Source: Patescibacteria group bacterium
GTDB lineage: Bacteria; Patescibacteriota; Patescibacteriia; PEXW01
Length of the DNA stretch: 64,000 bases
Assembly (NCBI GenBank): GCA_038063455.1
Contig: JBBTVB010000005.1
Location: 3,482 to 67,481 of the forward strand
Direction: 5' to 3'
Shown: piece by piece, positions 61,862 through 64,000 of the stretch
Numbering within the stretch: the first letter of the stretch is position 1
Layout: each line of letters begins with the position of its first letter
Program-made: the position numbers and the translations under genes
Notes under the pieces: generated by a model
Told to the model about the DNA's origin: nothing
Seen by the model: the letters and a program-made list of their open reading frames with translations, nothing else
Databases searched by the model: none

Positions 61862-62269
61862 CTACTTCCAGGCTGCTAGCAAGCCGCCCGAGATAAGCAT
61901 GAGCACCAGTTGGTAGCCGTTGTTAATCAACCACAGCTTCCACGAGCGCTTTTCGAAAATCACGCTGCTCATGGTGACGGTAAAGATGAAACCGAGCCAC
62001 AGCCAGAGACCAATCATTGCGCCTTCACCAAAGGTGGCTGCCCCGGCAAAGCCGACAAACACTGCTAGCACGTACGCGGAAATCAGCGCGGTCACGAACA
62101 TCTTCAGGTAGGCCATAGGCGCCTCTTTCTTAGCCGCCTCTTCGTTAATATTGGCCAGCTTGGCCCAGGTCTTTGCAAACAGCACTGGCGAGTACCACAA
62201 ACCGCCAAGCACCATGGCCACGACCCCAGCCACGAGCACGTGGAGCAGATTCACATCAGGCATTGTCAT
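61862..62269 (-). CDS. DUF1761-like membrane protein
   Basis: 'GGLWYSPVLFAKTWAKL' and four TM helices. Start at 62269 or 62263. Confidence 0.75.
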   Translation of the reverse strand: MTMPDVNLLHVLVAGVVAMVLGGLWYSPVLFAKTWAKLANINEEAAKKEAPMAYLKMFVTALISAYVLAVFVGFAGAATFGEGAMIGLWLWLGFIFTVTMSSVIFEKRSWKLWLINNGYQLVLMLISGGLLAAWK

Positions 62270-62361
62270 ACGCGCGTACATAAATGCGAAATATTTTACC
62301 CCTTTAGGATAGCACCACACGAAATATAGTACGAGAAACTACTACTTGCTATAGTATCGGT

Positions 62362-63558
62362 ATGGCAAGTACCATCCCACCCCTGCCGGCGACTGTTCCA
62401 ACAACCGGCCACTTCCCACGTCTTACCCACTGGCGCCGGATGTTTGTCTTCGCTGGGCTCGCCACGGCTTTCTGGCTGCTGCAGCTGGGCGTGCAGTACT
62501 ACTGGCTCACTACAGGTGATGCCGAGGCGGCTCTGCTCCGGAGTTTTGCACTGACAGGCGCAACCCTCATTGGCCTGGCACTTTTCTCCAGCGCGCTCTT
62601 CAAATGGGTGCCGCGGCTGGCCAAGCACTGGCGCACTCGCCGTCACCTGGGTGTGTCCGGAGCCGTTTTCATCACGTTCCACGTCTTGTGGGCGTACGGG
62701 GTGTACTACGACTTCAGCCTCCGCAGCATCTACTACTCATTCAATCCACTAGAAAATCCAATTATCTTTGGGAGTATCGCCTACCCCATCTTGTTGGTCA
62801 TGGCGCTCATCTCGTCAGACTGGGCCATGCAAAAAGTCACGCCCAAACGCTGGAAGTTTATTCATAGATTTGTGTACCTGGCATATTGGGGTGCCATTTT
62901 CCACTTTATAACCATCAACCCAGCAATTCTCCTAAACCCACCAGGAATACTGCTCTTGCTCATCACCTGCGCGGCCGTGTTTGGACAAATCTTTTGGTAC
63001 GTCCGTACCGTGCGACAGCGAGGTTGGAAAAAACTCGGCAGCTGGGTGGGCCTCGGGTTTACCCTGCTCTTTACTGTTACTGCCTACATGGTGTTTCGCC
63101 CACAAACTGCACCTACGCCAACACTCGAAGAATCAATTGAAGAGCTCGGCGCTTTTATGGGTGCACAGCCAACCGATCCAAATTTGCAAACCACACCAGT
63201 TATCGGTGACCAAGCATTTACCGCATCGATGCTGCGGAAAGGAACGTTCCAAAAACTGCATTACACCACGGTTGGCACGGCTAGCTTAGAAAAAAATGCA
63301 GATGGTTTGTACTTCGTGATTTTCGCCAACGACTTTAGCACTCCCAACGGCCCGGACTTGCGCGTGTACGTAACCAAAAATAGTGGTCCAACCCAACGCG
63401 AAGATGTACCGGCAGGCATCAACTTGGGCAAACTCAAAAGCACCACCGGCAAGCAAGTGTACGCGCTACCGCCCGGGACCGACGTGCAAAGTTACCTCTC
63501 GATTACCATCCACTGCGAGGCGTTTAACGTGCCCTGGAGCTACGCGCCGTTTGAGTGA
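62362..63558 (+). CDS. Ferric-reductase-like (YedZ/MsrQ-type) membrane domain fused to a DM13 domain
   Basis: Six TM helices with conserved His residues. The C-terminus carries 'HYTTVGTASLEKNADGLYFVIFANDFSTPNGPDLRVYV'. Confidence 0.75.
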   Translation: MASTIPPLPATVPTTGHFPRLTHWRRMFVFAGLATAFWLLQLGVQYYWLTTGDAEAALLRSFALTGATLIGLALFSSALFKWVPRLAKHWRTRRHLGVSGAVFITFHVLWAYGVYYDFSLRSIYYSFNPLENPIIFGSIAYPILLVMALISSDWAMQKVTPKRWKFIHRFVYLAYWGAIFHFITINPAILLNPPGILLLLITCAAVFGQIFWYVRTVRQRGWKKLGSWVGLGFTLLFTVTAYMVFRPQTAPTPTLEESIEELGAFMGAQPTDPNLQTTPVIGDQAFTASMLRKGTFQKLHYTTVGTASLEKNADGLYFVIFANDFSTPNGPDLRVYVTKNSGPTQREDVPAGINLGKLKSTTGKQVYALPPGTDVQSYLSITIHCEAFNVPWSYAPFE

Positions 63559-63580
63559 TCTTTGGGTTTACCCCATCTCC

Positions 63581-63716
63581 AGCTCGTTTCGCGCTCACAG
63601 TTCCGCCCGACTCGCTAACGCGAATCGGGTCTTCACCGTTCCCGCGAAGCCTCGCTTTGCCCCACGGACGCGTGCTCACTACATTGCGCGCCACGTCCGC
63701 GGGGACCCCAGGAATC
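63581..63716. repeat. Structured intergenic repeat, copy C2 (partner at 13718..13858)
   Basis: It shares the same blocks and an 11-bp hairpin (63660..63704) with two compensatory pair changes relative to C1. Confidence 0.55.
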
Positions 63717-63718
63717 TA

Positions 63719-63970
63719 TTATTTTTTACCCCAACGCCACTTTGCAGGCTCGCCGGTTTTCCAGGCAATCACAATTAGCAGGATAGTCGCCACGCCATCA
63801 ATAGCTATAAAGCGCCAGACTTGAGCTGGCGTCACCTCTTTGGTATTGGTATCAAACGAGGTAAACGCGCTCCACAGGATAATCCCTAGGTAAATAACCA
63901 AGACTAACCAACCCTGCCAGGTCGCCGGGTACCAGCCGTAGCCGTACTGTTTTGCTTTGAACCACAACAT
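63719..63970 (-). CDS. Small two-TM membrane protein (83 aa)
   Basis: 'YGYGWYPATWQGWLVLVIYLGIIL'. Hydrophobic profile only. Confidence 0.55.
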   Translation of the reverse strand: MLWFKAKQYGYGWYPATWQGWLVLVIYLGIILWSAFTSFDTNTKEVTPAQVWRFIAIDGVATILLIVIAWKTGEPAKWRWGKK

Positions 63971-64000
63971 ATATTACATTTCTAGTTCTGTACTATTTTG

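Noticed and set aside
1-64000. CRISPR arrays, rRNA genes, transposases, restriction-modification or known anti-phage defence operons
   Set aside because: No regularly spaced direct repeats, rRNA-like conserved blocks, DDE/serine/tyrosine recombinase motifs or recognisable defence-system domains were seen on either strand. The lone methyltransferase (20049..20750) has no nuclease partner.

Overview
This is a gene-dense bacterial chromosomal window with standard code (TGA, TAA and TAG all act as stops). It looks moderately GC-rich by eye (not computed) and most genes lie on the minus strand. Its features fit a small-genome organism of CPR/Patescibacteria-like or Gram-positive-like type: NAD salvage genes with no de novo NAD genes in view, an archaeal-type AMP phosphorylase, a short SufD, several apparently leaderless genes and many lipoproteins. 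The lineage cannot be fixed from sequence alone.

Main content in order:
- der(partial)-pth-mfd, then dprA-topA and parB-parA.
- Three tRNAs (fMet, Met, Leu).
- An envelope and redox block: three DsbA-like proteins, lgt and trxB.
- Pentose-phosphate genes: a PfkB kinase, rpe and rpiB.
- An RRM RNA-binding protein and a stand-alone AsnRS-like class II core.
- A five-gene copper operon headed by a BlaI/BlaR1-type pair.
- AMP phosphorylase, then a sod-cupredoxin operon ending in an untracked 25-aa Cys/His-rich micro-ORF.
- A fragmented suf Fe-S cluster: sufCB | opposite-strand gene | sufD | inserted two-gene cassette | sufS-membrane-sufU-fdx.
- MarR, an FMN reductase and an ABC-2 exporter.
- A roughly 10 kb NAD salvage supercluster: nadE, pncB, Nudix, a nadD-nadK fusion, pncA, nadR, pnuC, nrtR and an ADP-ribosylglycohydrolase.
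- An M23/FG-GAP peptidase, and two divergent tRNA-Asn genes bracketing an AT-richer islet and a tRNA fragment.
- rpoD-dnaG.

I recognised no rRNA, CRISPR array, transposase, integrase or known defence system. The most unusual items are:
- The insulated HATPase-plus-unknown cassette inside the suf cluster.
- The BlaR1-type copper operon and the Cys/His-rich peptide.
- The NadD-NadK fusion within a putative NrtR regulon.
- The tRNA-Asn islet and pseudo-tRNA.
- Several intergenic repeat or RNA-structure families, one of which shows compensatory base changes.

All functional calls rest on motif recognition by eye; no searches were run.
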